A stretch of 63,389 nt of DNA, counting the filler, from Octopus bimaculoides (lineage: Eukaryota): the NCBI RefSeq assembly GCF_001194135.2. It is 7 parts of 6 records of this genome, joined end to end, with 100 filler letters (N's around TTAATTAATTAA, not from the genome) between each part and the next. Parts side by side here need not be neighbours in the genome. Positions count along the whole stretch, not along the records: positions 1 to 29,134 come from NC_068981.1; 6 more parts are not named here. One strand, given 5' to 3'. How positions within the stretch are numbered: the stretch's first letter is position 1; the number at the start of each line of letters is the position of its first letter. Under the pieces are notes generated by a model that saw nothing but the letters and a program-made list of their open reading frames with translations, was not told the DNA's origin and searched no databases. The position numbers were made by a program, and so were the translations under genes. Positions 12,125 through 28,200 of the stretch are shown here, piece after piece.

Positions 12125-12574
12125 ATATATATATATATATATNNNNNNNNNNGTGGAAAAAATGGACATTAAATGATGACTGCATAGAAACATACACACA
12201 CGCAGCCATACACATCTAAATATATATACAAGCATGCACATATGTATTTGCATATATATATATATATGTATGTATATACTAATACGTGCAGGCACATAAG
12301 TACAAAACAATGTGGAGAAAATAGTACAAGAATAGACAGCTAACTATTGAGTATTATTGGAACTGAAAAAACTTAACAAGTTCTCAGATAACTGATTTCA
12401 AAAAGAAGTTTCAAACTGGTTATGTGAATCTTAGAATAATGGTTTGTGAAATTTCTTCAGGTTCCATAAAATTCAGTATTTAAATCTACCTTTAGTATTT
12501 GAGTACTATTTTTCCACTCTGTTATTTAAACTTCAATAAAACAACTCTCTCTTTCTCTCACACTCTCTCCTTCA

Positions 12575-12810
12575 CAGGGTGCGGTGAATAAATTGTTATT
12601 TAGATTACGCAGAAATGAAAATCACACTAACATCTCATTTTAACAGATATATTTACCAAAATTAAATTAAAAAATTTTGAAATACTAAAGAGTAAATTTA
12701 TTCAATAAAATCACCATTCACTTCAACCATGGCCTCCACACAACTTTGGAATCTTCTGCAACTCTTCTGGATGGTCTTCTTGTTTAAGATGGTGAATGCT
12801 GCTATAAGCC
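12575..12810 (-). mobile_element. DD37D-type Tc1/mariner 3' end with TIR
   Basis: TIR CAGGGTGCGG at 12575; minus-strand C-terminus KKTIQKSCRRFQSCVEAMVEVNGDFIE*. Confidence 0.7.
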
Positions 12811-13366
12811 TTGCCTTCAGTTCATGGATTATACATACATGGCTTATACACACCTGCATCCATATGCACACACACCCAAGCAAACATGCACATATGCACC
12901 AACTAGATGATGCCATCAACTCTCGCCCACATGCTAGCTTACACACATATGCAACTGATCCCCACACGTACACACACCATGTACACATGTATAAACATCA
13001 GACACCCGCACCTGTGCACGCATACATCTGATATACACTCACACACCCTTGCAGGCCATGAATCTGATAGCCTAGAAGTCCCTCCAAAGCCCTGTCATCA
13101 GCAAAAGTACTATCAGTATCCTTTCAAGCTACACAGTTCAAAAAAATTCTGTTTTAATGCATCTGGTGTTGGTGGAATGTTGATCTTACTTCTAGGAACT
13201 CCATGTGACCTACCTTGACCAATAGCAGCCCAGTTTCCACTAGCCATCTTGTACTTCCTGCATCTCTCCATTCAGTTAACTGGGTTCACTGAGCTAGATT
13301 TCTGTAAGAAGCCTGTGAAACTTTAGGTCACATGAGGCCAAAATCAAACTGGTTTAAATAATAATA

Positions 13367-13417
<51 letters not shown>

Positions 13418-13429
13418 CACACACGTATG

Positions 13430-13483
<54 letters not shown>

Positions 13484-13499
13484 TATGTTGTGGTGACCA

Positions 13500-13807
13500 A
13501 TGCTTGTGTTACGTAACTGGCAGGTAAAATGCACCCACTACACTCTTGGAGTGGTTGGCATTTGGAAGTGCATCCAACTGTAGAAACCATGCCAAATTAG
13601 ACTGGAACCTGGTGCAAATTTCTTCAAGGAATACCAGATTAGCCACCTATGCCTGGATACAACTCACTCAACAAGAACTTCCTACTTGAATGGACCATGA
13701 TACCACAAAACTTGACTTAAAAAGGATTTAGCTCTTCATATCAGGAGGTGCTATTAAGTTAGACATGGCCTGGACCAATCTTTGGTCAAATCATATCTAA
13801 GTTTATA

Positions 13808-13875
<68 letters not shown>

Positions 13876-14341
13876 ACATTCGAGCAAGATCGTTGCCAGC
13901 GCCGATGGATTGGCGCCTATGCAGGTGACACNNNNNNNNNNNNNNNNNNNNNNNNNNNNNNNNNNNNNNNNNNNNNNGTGGCTGTTGATCGTTACCAACG
14001 TCGCCTCCCTGGCACTTGTGCCAGTGGCACGTGAAAAGACATTCGAGCGAGATCGTTGCCAGTGCCGATGGACTGGCTCCTGTGCAGGTGGCACGTAAAA
14101 TACACCATTTCGAGCGTGGCCGTTGCCAGTACTGCCTGACTGGCCTTCATGCCGGTGGCATGTAAAAGCACCCACTACACTCTCAGAGTGGTTGGCGTTA
14201 GGAAGAGCATCCAGCTGTAGAAACTCTGCTAAATCAGATTGGAGCCTGGTGTAGCCATCTGGTTCACCAGTCCTCAGTCAAATCGTCCAACCCATGCTAG
14301 ATGGAAAGCGGACGTTAAACGACAACGATGATGATGATGAT
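13500..14341 (+). mobile_element. Two RTE-type 3' UTR copies (13500-13615 and 13870-14341)
   Basis: CACCCACTACACTCT..GAGTGGTTGGC.TTAGGAAG.GCATCC...; the second has tandem ~60-bp subunits and a GAT tail. Confidence 0.7.
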
Positions 14342-14829
14342 ATATAATGTTTTGCCTATTTCAATGAAATCAGAAGAAAATGCTGACTCTGTTGATACAC
14401 AATATAACACAATTGGTTCAGATAGAAAAAACTTGATCATTGCTACTTGCTCTACTGGTAGTTACCAGTTGTACTACCAACATATATCTTCGTAAACCAA
14501 TATACATACATACTCTTTTACTCTTTTCAGTCATTTGACTGCGGCCATGCTGGACCACCGCTTTTAGTCAAGCAAATTAACTGCAGGACTTATTCTTTGT
14601 AAGCCTAGTACTTATTCTATCAGTCTCCTTTGCCAAACCACACACACACTGTTTCAACTCATATGTATGTGTGTGGTGCTTGTATGTACATCATTTAATT
14701 GTTTCTCTATGCTAGCAACAAAAGAGAGTGATAGTTGAATTTATGTATTTTTGTTTAAGTGTATGTATGAGTGTTGATCCAACTCATGCAAATTTAGTCA
14801 CAGCACACATGGGGGTCGATCTAAATTGA

Positions 14830-15915
14830 TATATAGCTTGGACTTCCATAAATATTTGCTAGAACACTACAAGAAAACTGGAAGAGTTACTTAGATGAGT
14901 GCCTGATTCTGTGGTCACACAGATTTCATCATCTTATTGATTTCAAAAACCTGATTAACAGCTTAAACAATAGTACTAGCTTTACCATGGAATACAGTAA
15001 AACTCAGATACCATTTCTGGACATTCTAATCATCAAAACAGACACAAACATTCACTACAAACCAACAGATTCTGAACAATACCTACTGTTCTCATGCCAT
15101 CCCAAACACACAAAGATTAATATTCCATTTGATCATTGCAAGAAGAATCTGCACAACTGTTTCAAATTTTGAAATTCATAATAAAAGACTCTAGGAGTTA
15201 AAACAAATATTGCTTGAAAAACAATATCCATCGCTGTTAATAGACAACGGAATAGAACATTCCAAAGCAATAGATATTGAAGAATTATGAAAAACAAAAA
15301 ACAAAAAAAAACATTTCAGACACACCCAATACTCTACCTTTCATTGCAACATACTACCCACAAAACTCAGAGGTTTACAACATTATCCATTAGAACATTC
15401 TACTACTGAGACTAGACCCAAGAATGAAACTTGAAATGCACAAAATAGTAAAAGCAAAAGACAATCAAAATACCTTAAAAAATTACCTGCCAGTGCTAAA
15501 TTACCCCTCACAAATCCCACACCAACAATTAAAAAGTGTGGTTACACTAATAGTGGGACTAGCATCAACCTCATTGAAGATAAAACATAAATTTAAATCA
15601 GGATAGATTTTTACTATAAAAATAATTGTTTGATGAAAAATTCAATATATACTTCAATATATGCTATTAAACGTAAAAGATGTAATGCAGATTACATAAG
15701 TCAAACAAAACTTACTCTCAGAAATAGACTGACAATTCATCATCAACAAATACAAGAGCCCAGTAGTAGATAGATCCCATTGAGTGGGCACATAGGCATG
15801 TGTGCAAAAAATAAGTCCCCTAAATTTCAAGTCTTCCCACTTTGTTCAGTCAATACCACAGATCAAGCAAGAATAAACAAGGAAAATATATCCATACAAA
15901 AATACAAACTTTGAT
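14830..15915 (+). mobile_element. Penelope-like element remnant (RT C-terminus plus GIY-YIG endonuclease)
   Basis: WKSYLDECLILW (YxDD-like); FTMEYSKTQIPFLDILIIK...HYKPTDSEQYLLFSCHPKHTKINIPF; IYAIKRKRCNADYISQTKLTLRNRLTIH (GIY-YIG-like); multiple frameshifts. Confidence 0.9.
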
Positions 15916-16029
15916 AAAGTACACTCACCAACAATTACTCACACACGAATTCATTCTGCCACTTGACATGTTGAATTTACACACCCAACCACCTTAGCTT
16001 TGGACTCAGTCATGACTTTTTCTTGCATG

Positions 16030-16628
16030 ACACTAATGCACAAACCATGATGGTCTTTGGGTGTGTCTTCAGTGAGGGTGACATCATACTGCTCTACATC
16101 TTTGAACAAAGCCTTAAGCTCAATTCAGATAGCTATGTAAAGCTGCTGGAAACTGTGATGAAACCCTAGTTCAAGAGGGTTGGTGCTGGATGGTCATCTG
16201 TGTAGCAGTAGGAATCAGCTCCTTGCTATAAATCTGGAAAGAATCGGAAGGGGTTGTCAGAGAATTTCTATGACTTCATCAACCACAATTTCTGGCCTTC
16301 TAATTCCCCTGATTATAACACCATGGATTATTATGTGTAGGGTGAGTTGAGAAAGGCACCAACTGCTTTGTCTGCAACACCAAGGCTGAGCTGGTGGTCA
16401 AGATCAAGCAGGTGTTCAAAGATCTTCCCATGGACACAGTAATGAATGTGTATGCCAGGTTCCAGAGTTGTCTCAAGGCTGTGGTGGAAGGTGAGAGTGG
16501 CTGCTTTGAGTAAACTGTTATCTTCCAAGGTGATATTTTTTGATTTTTTAAAATACTTGTATTTTGGGATGGAATACTGCTCTCTTTTCCTTTTATTCAA
16601 ACTGTCAAATTTAGCCTGATCATCCTAC

Positions 16629-16630
<2 letters not shown>
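16030..16630 (+). mobile_element. DD37D (maT) transposase remnant with right TIR
   Basis: E-SAPC...FWPSNSPDYNTM-D shows 37-residue spacing; C-terminus DTVMNVYARFQSCLKAVVEGESGCFE*. Same family as 40960-41610. Confidence 0.8.
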
Positions 16631-16668
<38 letters not shown>

Positions 16669-16669
16669 A

Positions 16670-16719
<50 letters not shown>

Positions 16720-16741
16720 TACATATTTATACATATATACA

Positions 16742-16870
16742 CTCAGTGGGTTTTCAGTTTTCATCTGTTAAATCCATTCACAGAGCTTTGGTTGGCCTGG
16801 AGCTATGTCGATGATGCTTGCCTAAGGTGCTACTCACTGGAATTGAACCTGGAACCATGTGATTGGTTCT
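16742..16870 (-). mobile_element. SINE family C 5' fragment
   Basis: Diverged match to 62862-63030. Confidence 0.65.
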
Positions 16871-17469
16871 AAGCTATGGAGTCAAGTATCAAAACAAATA
16901 TGCCTATTTAGAACTGAACACATTTCCTCAAAACTATTGAATGAATAAAAACATTTATACAGTGTTATGACTGAATGAATTCAAACAGGTAGTGCAATAC
17001 CATTCTAAGAACACAAAGGATTAGAGTTTAATATGTATTAAAGAATAGTAAGTGATGTAATTGACTTGAAAGCTCAAGGAGTAGAAATTATAGAACATCA
17101 GATGCTTGATCTGATTCAAAGACATCAGGTTAGTTAGATAGTCAAAGAGATCAATAGGAAGATTATAACGATATTTTGGAGACAAAGAAGCAACTTTGTC
17201 ATTACATCTGCACTTTGAGAATGATGTTATGTCAAGTGTAATATTTAGTAAGTTCTTAATATGTAGGAAGTTTGAAACTAACTGGAGCAATGAAATGAGA
17301 ATATTTATATATCAACAGAATTTTGGATGATTTTCTCTGATCAATATTCAGCCAGCAGAGTGTTGTATAGCAATCTTTGACATTATCATGTCTGCATGTT
17401 GAATATAAACTGGACAGCAACATTCTCAACATGTAATTTATTGATATTTGCTATACAACTCCAACAAAG

Positions 17470-17780
17470 AATTACACATATTGAGTCTCTCCAGGTTGAG
17501 CTGTTTACTTCTCTGCAATGAGAGGTCACAACTCCAGTACCACAGACATGTAATTAGAATGGCACAGGAAAAAATTGCAAGATATATTCTTCAAGCCAAG
17601 CTAACTGGTAGGAGACCTAGGAGTAGACCAAGAACATAATCTCTGTTGGTCATACTTGGGAATCCAACTGGAAAATTTAATGACAGTTACTTCTGATGAG
17701 ACCCTATGGAAGAGTTGCCTGAGGATTTTACTCCCATGTCCCTCCCAGGAACAGTGGTCAATGAAGATGGATGGATGAGT
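17470..17780 (+). mobile_element. RTE-clade LINE, RT C-terminal fragment
   Basis: RHVIRMAQEKIARYILQAKLTGRRPRSRPRT followed by LGIQLENL...DETLWKSCLRILLP matches the RTE C-terminal GxRPRGRP motif. Confidence 0.75.
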
Positions 17781-17890
17781 AAAATAAAAATTTTGAAAGC
17801 AAAGACAAACAATTATGAATATATTCTATTTTGCTGAGATGGAGATAGCAATTCAGAAAACCTTGCTAAGATGGTTGTTGAAAATTAGTT

Positions 17891-18105
17891 CATCATCATC
17901 ATCATCATCGTTTAAAGTCCGCTCTCCATGCTAGCATGGGTTGGACAATTTGACTGAGGACTGGCGAACCAGATGGCTGCACCAGGCTCCAATCTGATTT
18001 GGCAGAGTTTCTACAGCTGGATGCCCTTCCTAACGTCAACCACTCCGAGAGTGTAGTGGGTGCTTTTACGTGCCACCAGCACGAAGGCCAGTCAGGCGGT
18101 ACTGT
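17891..18105 (-). mobile_element. RTE-type 3' UTR
   Basis: Reverse complement of the (GAT)n-tailed family. Confidence 0.7.
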
Positions 18106-18307
18106 AGGTTTAAATTAGATTCTCAAATATTTCACAGTGAGGGTGAGTTGTACAATTTTACCAGTTTAGTAAAACTATCTTAGATATGGAGACACTATTG
18201 GAATACTTAGAGAATATTGATTTATGTTTTGAATTCATTGAGCTTAAACATATAGATATTTATCCATCATTTTCTTATATCACATTTTTATAATTTTCTC
18301 TTTCATC

Positions 18308-19360
18308 TGTAGCAATACACTTCAGTGAAATTCCTCTCCTCTCTATTGTATACACATACATACGAATGTAGTAGATAACAGCTAGCCTTTGGCCACATTT
18401 TGGACCCTGTTGTGTCCACTACTCTGATTGGTTGGTATTGGCGCAATTTGTCTCTTGCTCTATTGTGCACCAATATGCAACCCAACCAATTGCAGCTTTC
18501 AAATAAGGTCACATGTGACAGCCTGTTTTCTACCCAAATTTGAGCCTACAACTCCTTATAAAAACCTACCTTTTCCTCGTCTTGAGGTCTTTCGGTTCCA
18601 GACCTTTTAAGGTCTAGCCACTGACCACACAAGACACAGCCAGTTCCAGTGACAACACAACAGCCGCCACATGGAGACTCACCAACTTCGTCCAACAGCA
18701 TTTAGCGACCTCCATCTCCGTTGACACCATTCGTCCTAATGTCAACATCTCTCTACAAACTCGCCCAAGTTACAACACTGCACTGTTCGTGAACTACTTC
18801 ACCAAGGATCAGCAGTGAATATACAATCTGTAAGAACTCCTGTACCAAGTGACCCAGGCAGCAGCATTACAGCCACAACTTCACATACGACACGTACCAC
18901 AACCAGCTCTGCATCATCGCTGCAACTTCTTGATACAGCATTTCAACTATTGTGTACAATTGACTACGAAGTGGTGTTTCTCATTCTTGGGTCTATGAAC
19001 TTACTCCTCACTTCGATAGCTACAGACTCTTTCACTGTCTCTTCTTCATCGCCATCCTTATATGTTCTTAACACGCATGTGTCTATGCTTACATACACAC
19101 GCATACATCTTATTCTTATGACGGCCTGTCTATTTTTCTGTATATATGACGTACACACAATCACACATGTTAACATATCAATAAATCTTCTCTTAAACAT
19201 TCTACCTGGTTGTGTCTCTTATTTCCCTCTGGCGCATATATGCATTGTTCTATTTATATTTATTGTATCGACTGTGTGATGTACTAAGGAGCCATTCTCA
19301 TCACCTCGCTTTGCACAGACATCAAAAATCAGAGACCTGGTCCAGCTCCTTGAAACTACA
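18308..19360 (+). mobile_element. Possible solo LTR
   Basis: TGTAG...CTACA termini, TATAAAA near 18558 and AATAAA near 19179, composition distinct from the flanks. No TSD found. Confidence 0.3.
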
Positions 19361-20160
19361 AAACAATTATAATGGGAGAAAGAGATACTCCACAGGTATC
19401 ATAAACCTTCCATTCCATTATAAATGTATTAGTCAGAGGAAGAAGAACAACACTTATGGCTCCTTTCAGGATTTCCATGACTGGTAATATGAAGGGAAGG
19501 AGTTATCTATCTTCTGATCAAAGACATGGCCTTAATGTTTGCAATAGAAAGGACTTTGCTGAAGATATCCAAGGGCCAGGTAGTGGTGTTAAACTAGGCC
19601 AGCTCCACTCTTTGATAGCAGATTTTAGCTTTTACAGAGTTTCTTTTAACTAAAGAGTTTCTTTTAACAAAAGTTCACTCATAAGACTTTTGTAGCCCCT
19701 AGACTATGGCAGAAAAATATCCAAGTGTTATGTGGTGGATCAACTTCCAAACCTTGAAGTTACAAAGACTTATTCACACAGCTACACCTGTAATCTAAAA
19801 TGTCATTCTGAGGCTTCAAAAAATAGTAGTTATGTTTCAATGGTTAGCAGACTGAAGCCCAAAGACTTGATAAAAATATCTTAAACTGAGTTGAGTCCAG
19901 CAATGTTTATATTAACTGGAAGAGCCTGCAAATAAAAACAGGTCAGTATGCCAGTGTGCCATAAGATGGTGTAAAGACTAACAGCATATCGAAATTCACC
20001 CCGGCTGATGATCTATTCTCCAATAAAAAGAGATAGGTTTACATCAAGTCAGTTGATCCACTGTCTAGCTTTCCTTCTATTAATCTGTACTTGCCAATGC
20101 AATGATTCATCTTTCTTGAATTCATCATTTTACCTTACATGTCATGCTAGCTAGTCGTCT

Positions 20161-20390
20161 TAATTTGCCCTTCAAATTCACATAGGACACCAACAGAATG
20201 ATGCACAATTAATCTACTCTTCATCTTACATAATCTGCCCTTCAAATTCATATTGAATACTGGTAAAATGATACCCACTTAATTTGCCCTTCATTTTACC
20301 TAATCTGCCCTTCACATTCGTAATAAACACCAATATAATGATACTTGTTTAATCCACCCGTCAAATTCACATTGTGCACCAATAGAATAA
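20161..20390. repeat. Degenerate 70-bp tandem repeat with an internal 20-bp subrepeat
   Basis: TAAT(C/T)TGCCCTTCA(A/C)ATTC at 20161, 20231 and 20301 (70-bp period), with related copies near 20210, 20280 and 20350. Confidence 0.7.
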
Positions 20391-20987
20391 TACTGAATTT
20401 ACTGTTTTCCATGCTTTACATATTCTGCATCCACTTAAATTCCACTGTCTCACAGCTACACATGTATAAACCATACAATCTAATTCTGTACAAAATAATG
20501 AATCTTTTCTTTTCTTTGAGAACAGTAGTCATTTTTGCATCTTCTAATGACTTCGCCTTCCAAATGCTAAACTGTCTTTGATCTCACTCACAGCATTTAA
20601 TTGAATCACCTGAGAAACAAAAGATCTTTATTTCTTCTCTCAAAGATAATTGAATCTATGAACTACTTTTTCTTTTGTAATCAAATAAAGATAACTAAAC
20701 ATAAAATTTGAAGATCAATATAGAAAATATTTTAATATAAATTCAAAAAAGTAAAATTAATATATAAATATATAAGTTGATATACCTTAGGATTTCATTG
20801 TATAAATTATTTTTCCAATTATAATGATGAGGAAAATTTAAAAAAACAACAAAAAAAAAAACGGAAGAATTATTTTGTAGGTGAAGTAATACAGATGATT
20901 AAATGCAGATAAATTAGATACAGACGATTAAATTGGTCCTTCAAAAAGAAAAAAAAAATGATTAATCTCTTAGGCATTATCAAATGA

Positions 20988-21360
20988 AGGCATGGCTGTG
21001 TGATTAAGAAGCTTGCTTTGCAACTTTGGATTCAATTCTGACTGCATGGCACCTTGGGCAAGTGTCTTCCTTCAACTATAACTCTGTGCTGACCAATGCC
21101 TTGTGAGTGTATTTAGTGGATGGAATCTGAGTGGAAGCCTGTCATGTATGCGTGTGTGTGTGTTTGGATTTTTGTGTGTGTCTTTGTATTTGTGTATGTC
21201 TCCACCTTCACTGGTTGACAAACTGGTGTTGGTTTGTTTACATCCACATAATACAGCAGTTTTGGAAAAGTGATTAGTAGAATAAGACTTCAAAAAATTA
21301 AGTACTGGAGTTGATTCCAGTACGTCCGCAGTCCAGTGACTAAATCAAGTAAAAGATAGA
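20988..21360 (+). mobile_element. SINE family C (CORE-like)
   Basis: GGCATGGCTGTGTGATTAAGAAGCTTGC...CACCTTGGGCAAGTGTCTTC...; homologous to 62862-63270. Confidence 0.75.
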
Positions 21361-21384
21361 AGAAAAGATAAATTCAAAATAATA

Positions 21385-24181
<2,797 letters not shown>

Positions 24182-24194
24182 GTAGTAGTAGTAG

Positions 24195-24450
24195 GCACAG
24201 GAAATACATCAAGTAAAAGGCAAAAATTGTCCTATTGATATTTGTGCACTTGGAACAATTTCAAAGAATCTGGATGCAATACCTGAGAGCTTAGGCATAC
24301 CAGATATATTAAGGAGTGCACAAATGGCTGTGGTACTTGGAATAGCTCATGTGTTGTGGAAGATGTGCTTCTGGGCTGCAGGAAGCAGCTGAAGTATAAT
24401 TACACACAACCCAGCCATAAGAGATCTATGTGTTGGAGAACAATAATCCC
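24195..24450 (+). mobile_element. R4/Dong-type RLE retrotransposon, 3' fragment
   Basis: VKAKIVPI..ALGTISKNL...SLGIPDILRSAQMAVVLGIAHVLWK; flanked by (TAC/TAA/TAG)n and (AAT)n. Confidence 0.7.
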
Positions 24451-24468
24451 AATAATAATAATAATAAT

Positions 24469-25525
24469 AGCAAGCGCACTCAGAGAGTGCAAACCACTGC
24501 CAAGGCAACGCCAATGTCTTCTCAACGATTAGCCGGAAATGATTTTTTAAATGAGAATATCTGAAATAAACTCAACTGCTCTCACAAACGAGAATACTAA
24601 AAATGAACTTGACCACTCTCAAAAAGTAAGTAAAACAACCGGAAAAATAATCCAGAATCCTTGTCCAGTACCTGATTTATTCCAATGGTAGTCATGGAAT
24701 GGGAAGGTGGATGTGCGGGCTGCGTTTGTCATGCTGTGTGTGTCGTCTGCAGTGGGAATAGGGACAGTTTTCTCTACAAAGGCCTTTTTCAGTCTATCCA
24801 CTGAAATAGTGTCTCTATGATCATTAAGGTCTATAGTGAAAGATTTATCCATGTGTGAAAGAAAACGGAAAGGACCTGCATACAGTGCTGTTGACGGAGG
24901 TTTAAAAATATCGCTGCACACAAAAACGTGAGTCTAAGAAGTAAAGCTTCCTTCAAAGCAGAGCTAGAAATGCAATTACCAAGTAGGTAAGAGGTTTTAA
25001 ACAGGAGTGATGTATTCAAAATTGGTACAACTAAAAATTGTTGAGGATAAATTAAATTTATTATTGTTACAGAATACGTTAGTGTTATTTAATTTCTGAA
25101 CAGTTTTGCTACTATTTGTTTATGTCGTTTGATTTCTTTATCCATCAGTTTCTACTAAGATAGAGATGTGAATAAAATTAACAATAGAGAAACAAAAATA
25201 AAACTTTGGAAACAGCAATGCCACCATAACTTGCCTGAAAACCATGAGCATGCTTTCAAGGGAGATAATCAGAGAAAGACTTGAAAGTCAACGGAAGATT
25301 GTAATATTTCATGTAAAGTAAAGTAAATATAACAAATAATCTAGAATCCTTATCTGGGACTGGATCGATCCCAAAATCTAATCAGTTCATGCCAGTCACA
25401 AGGCCAAACATCACTGAAAGTTTCATCTGAACCTATCCAGCAGTTCTTGAGATATCTTGTCCACAGACAAACAAATAAACAAACACGACTGAAAACAATA
25501 CATCTGTCTTCGCTAAGGCAGAGGT
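24469..25525 (+). mobile_element. Helentron-associated (HINE/DINE-like) non-autonomous element
   Basis: 5' end CAAGCGCACTCAGAGAGTGCAAACCACTGCCAAGG; 3' end with ACAAACAAATAAACAAAC, hairpin CTGTCTT-CGCT-AAGGCAG and GGCAGAGGT (inverted to the 5' ACC.CTGCC); TAA flanks. Family assignment is from recalled architecture. Confidence 0.45.
24685..24975 (-). mobile_element. Gypsy integrase C-terminal (GPY/F) fragment
   Basis: THVFVCSDIFKPPSTALYAGPFRFLSHMDKSFTIDLNDHRDTISVDRLKKAF matches the GPY/F...VSxDRLK module. Confidence 0.85.
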
Positions 25526-27009
25526 AATAATAGTAATACTACTACTACTACTACTAATAATAATAAAAGTTGAGTTAGTATTAATACAGTTAATGTAGTT
25601 AGAATCAAAAAACTGATTAGAAATATTTTATGCAGTTAAAAGTAACAACAAAATATTAATTATTGACTAAAATTATTTTGAGTCTTTCAGTAAGTATGAA
25701 AGACAACTCTGTACATACTCCAGTAATATTAGACCTCTTCAGCAAAGTGTGGACTTCACCTCATTTGCTGAAGAAGTGATGAAAGAATTTCAAAGTACAT
25801 TTACAATAATGAATATCTGTAGGTGTACAAAAATACAATCATTCAGAGAGTAAATTGCTCTTAAGCACTTTCTGCACGTAAGATATAAAATAAAAAACAA
25901 CAACAAAACACACAAACAGTGGTTGAGTTTGTGCAAACATGTTTAATGCTGGGAGCATGCATTAAACATGGTAACACTATTTTTTTTCTTCCTGTGGAAG
26001 GTCTAATAATTTAAGACGTTGGGGAAGCATAATTTCCTACTCCCGCCCTTTGTTAAAGAAATAACTCAATTGGATTGAAGAAAATACTACAATTTGAAGT
26101 ATTTGGTCTTCAACTAGTTGTGGTTGTAGCGATTTATGATTCTTCAATTCAATAGAAACATTAATTATTGGCCAGTTTATTTACTTATAATACATCGAGA
26201 AAACTACTGAAACATAGTGAATCCTTTTGATTATCACAAGTGGATATGTATGGAATATTGTCGCATTTTTTATCTGAAACTTTCGTCGTACTTTATTTTC
26301 TTTTAAGCATAATAGCAGAAATTTGTCAGAAACTTAAAAATATTGATTAGCATGCAGAACAAGGGAAGTAACATTAAATATCTGTAACATAGACTGAATT
26401 ACTTCCCTTAGACAAATATCCGTAATTATATTAATGTAGCACTACATAATTTCAGCTGTAGCTTAACCATTGCTTGCGGGTCATATGTGAAAAATAAGTA
26501 ATTTAACTTATCAATGCTGTGAGACTAGAGTAATGTGACCCAGTATTTATCGATTGAGTCACAGCCATTGATTGATTTACAGCCATTCATTACAAGATCA
26601 TCTTCTATGGGAGTGAAAATGATTGAATTGTATATGAATTGTATCTTAATATTATCCAGAATTTTAGGTTATAGTTGTAGTTTAGAAATATGTTCCAAAG
26701 AATATTCCAATCTTGAGGAGCAATATTGTCTATAACACTTCTAAATTTCCTATGTATTATTGTCATTAGGCATTTTTGATTACAGCTGCAAACCTTTTTA
26801 CTCATTCAAATGATTGGGCTGTGGGTCATACTCTAAGCTACTCTAAGTATTGGTTGCTGGTCCTTGTCACTAATCTCTTACTGTGAAAAATTCTGTGTTG
26901 CTGTATAAACACACACCTCAAGATAATGGAATATGCTGCTGCATATTGTTAAATTTCAAAGTGAACAGAGATAACTTAGCTTGACATATGTAAAAAGACA
27001 ATATGAATA

Positions 27010-27222
27010 TTGCTGTCAAATTTTGTACAAGGCCAGCAATTCTGGGTGAGGGATAAGTCGATTACATCAACGCCATTGCTGAACTGGCACTAATTTTATT
27101 GACCCTGAGACGATGAAAGGCAAAGTTGACCCCAGTGGAATTTGAACTCAGAACATAAAGATGGACCAAATGTCACAGAGCATTTTGCCTGGTGTGCTTA
27201 ATGGTTCTGCCAGCTTGTCACC
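27010..27222 (-). mobile_element. SINE family D
   Basis: Full monomer, reverse complement. Confidence 0.75.
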
Positions 27223-27725
27223 TTAGATATTATTATAGATGGCAAATAAATGATATAATTACAATGAATTAGTTTATTAAATCATTAATGCTTTTGCATT
27301 TGAGCGATGTATCTTTAGCATATCCTAATTATGAATTCTCAGTTATTGGTGGAGAAGTTTTTCTTTGGCAATAAATGAATTATATATGGGAAAAGTATGT
27401 AAAAATTATGAATTATTCAGTTGTAGAATTTTTTTGTTTATGACAAGCTCTTTCAAGTTTTAGAGTAAAAGAAATGCAAAAATTAGAATTCTTTTCAGAT
27501 TAAGCAAAATAAGAAAATAGCAAGTAAATCCCCCTCCTCCTGAATGAATATGCAAAGTAAGTTAGTGGCACTTTTTATTGCAAATACTCGATTTTGTCTA
27601 GTTTATTAGGCTGTGTTCAATATATTCATGTGAGGAAAGTTGCTGCTTCTTTTTTATTCCAAATGCTTCATTTCAACCAGTGAAAGAATCTGGACATTGA
27701 AATACTCATATCAAGGAGATGTTGC

Positions 27726-27764
<39 letters not shown>

Positions 27765-27765
<1 letters not shown>

Positions 27766-27945
27766 TCTTTTATTCTTTTCTTTTATTTGCTTCAGTCATT
27801 TGACTGCAGCCATGCTGGAGCACCGCCTTTAGTCGAGCAAATCGACCCCAGGACTTATTCTTTGTAAGCCTAGTACTTATTCTATTGGTCTTTTTTAACC
27901 ACTAAATTACGGAGACGTAAACACACCAACATCGCTTGTAAAGCA
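27765..27945 (-). mobile_element. SINE family C 3' part
   Basis: CAGTCATTTGACTGC.GCCATGCTGGAGCACCGCCTTTAGTCGAGCAAATCGACCCCAGGACTTATTC; related copies at 14510-14640 and 37470-37680. Confidence 0.75.
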
Positions 27946-27960
27946 CAGACACACACACAC

Positions 27961-28025
<65 letters not shown>

Positions 28026-28055
28026 CATATATATATACATATATATATATACACA

Positions 28056-28091
<36 letters not shown>

Positions 28092-28159
28092 CATANNNNN
28101 NNNNNNNNNNNNNNNNNNNNNNNNNNNNNNNNNNNNNNNNNNNNNNNNNNNNNNNNNNN

Positions 28160-28200
<41 letters not shown>

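Noticed and set aside
11898-12270. ~115-bp exact duplication either side of a 10-N gap
   Set aside because: Typical unmerged contig overlap or haplotype artefact around a microsatellite.
20000-20045. CTGATGA followed by a hairpin (similar cases at 39116 and 62310)
   Set aside because: The GAAA box is missing, so they cannot be called ribozymes.
24900-24986. Plus-strand exon candidate with strong AG|GTAAGA donor
   Set aside because: It lies antisense to the Gypsy integrase remnant and has a poor acceptor.
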